Source: Raphidiopsis brookii D9
GTDB lineage: Bacteria; Cyanobacteriota; Cyanobacteriia; Cyanobacteriales; Nostocaceae
Direction of reading: 5' to 3'
Length of the DNA: 32,000 nucleotides
NCBI GenBank assembly: GCA_000175855.1
Contig: ACYB01000029.1
Coordinates: forward strand, 79,550-111,549
The notes beneath the pieces are model-generated. The model saw only the letters and a program-made list of their open reading frames with translations. It ran no database searches and was not told the origin of the DNA. The translations under genes and the position numbers were made by a program. Positions 31,827-32,000 of this stretch are shown here, one piece after another (the stretch's first letter is position 1; each line of letters begins with the position of its first letter).

Positions 31827-31840
31827 AATAAGATAAACTG
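31715..31840 (+). repeat. Direct repeat copy B: 3' end of the AAA-ATPase/nuclease gene, homologous to 29882..30007
   Basis: See copy A. Confidence 0.93.
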
Positions 31841-31897
31841 ACTAGCGATCGCAAAGCACTTGCAGTTTAATTTAAAATAAAAAAAACATTCATTAGT

Positions 31898-32000
31898 ATG
31901 AACCCCAAAAATCTTCCCCTGAGGATCACCACCCTAGATAAACTACGCGGTAGCAACTGTATTTACGTGGATAAAACAAGGCTTCCCTTCCAGTTGATAA
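31898..32000 (+). CDS. Second tandem AAA-ATPase-like (DUF1703-type) paralogue, truncated by window edge
   Basis: ATGAACCCCAAAAATCTTCCCCTGAGGATCACC encodes MNPKNLPLRITTLDKLRGSNCIYVDKTRLPFQLI, closely similar to the start of the gene at 30274 (MNPKNLPLGINTLSMLRENNCVYVDKTEIAHRLI). Confidence 0.85.
   Translation, partial: MNPKNLPLRITTLDKLRGSNCIYVDKTRLPFQLI

Noticed and set aside
1-32000. CRISPR array, toxin-antitoxin pair or defence island
   Set aside because: No regularly spaced repeats, Cas proteins or recognisable TA pair found. The AAA-ATPase/PD-(D/E)XK array is the only accessory-like nuclease content, and a defence role is not demonstrated.

Overview
This is a cyanobacterial chromosomal window: HIP1 octamers (GCGATCGC) are frequent, and the gene content is typical (chlD, DUF3038/DUF4335, NFACT/RqcH-like, RRM protein, dxs, rpiA, mfd). 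Most of it is housekeeping genes. Five things stand out. (1) The C-terminus of Mfd looks chimeric. Its last ~35 codons and the following 3' flank match, without gaps over 126 nt (11 mismatches by eye), the tail of a downstream AAA-ATPase/PD-(D/E)XK ('DUF1703'-type) gene, which is followed by a second tandem paralogue. (2) A strong c-di-AMP (ydaO/yuaA) riboswitch lies upstream of a USP-like/ion-transporter pair. A triple 11-bp-spaced Pho-box-like repeat sits between riboswitch and gene, so a promoter there would bypass the riboswitch. (3) A two-domain rhodanese/sulfurtransferase reads into HisC with no stop codon, and has a separate 1-nt frameshift upstream. (4) Three genes carry the same type of -1 (1-nt loss) lesion: sulfurtransferase, MnmD-like and AAA-ATPase/nuclease. 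These are either real decay or assembly error. (5) An EamA transporter and a Ddl-like ATP-grasp ligase overlap by 8 nt, followed by a prpF-like remnant. No CRISPR array, tRNA, rRNA or intact transposase was recognised.
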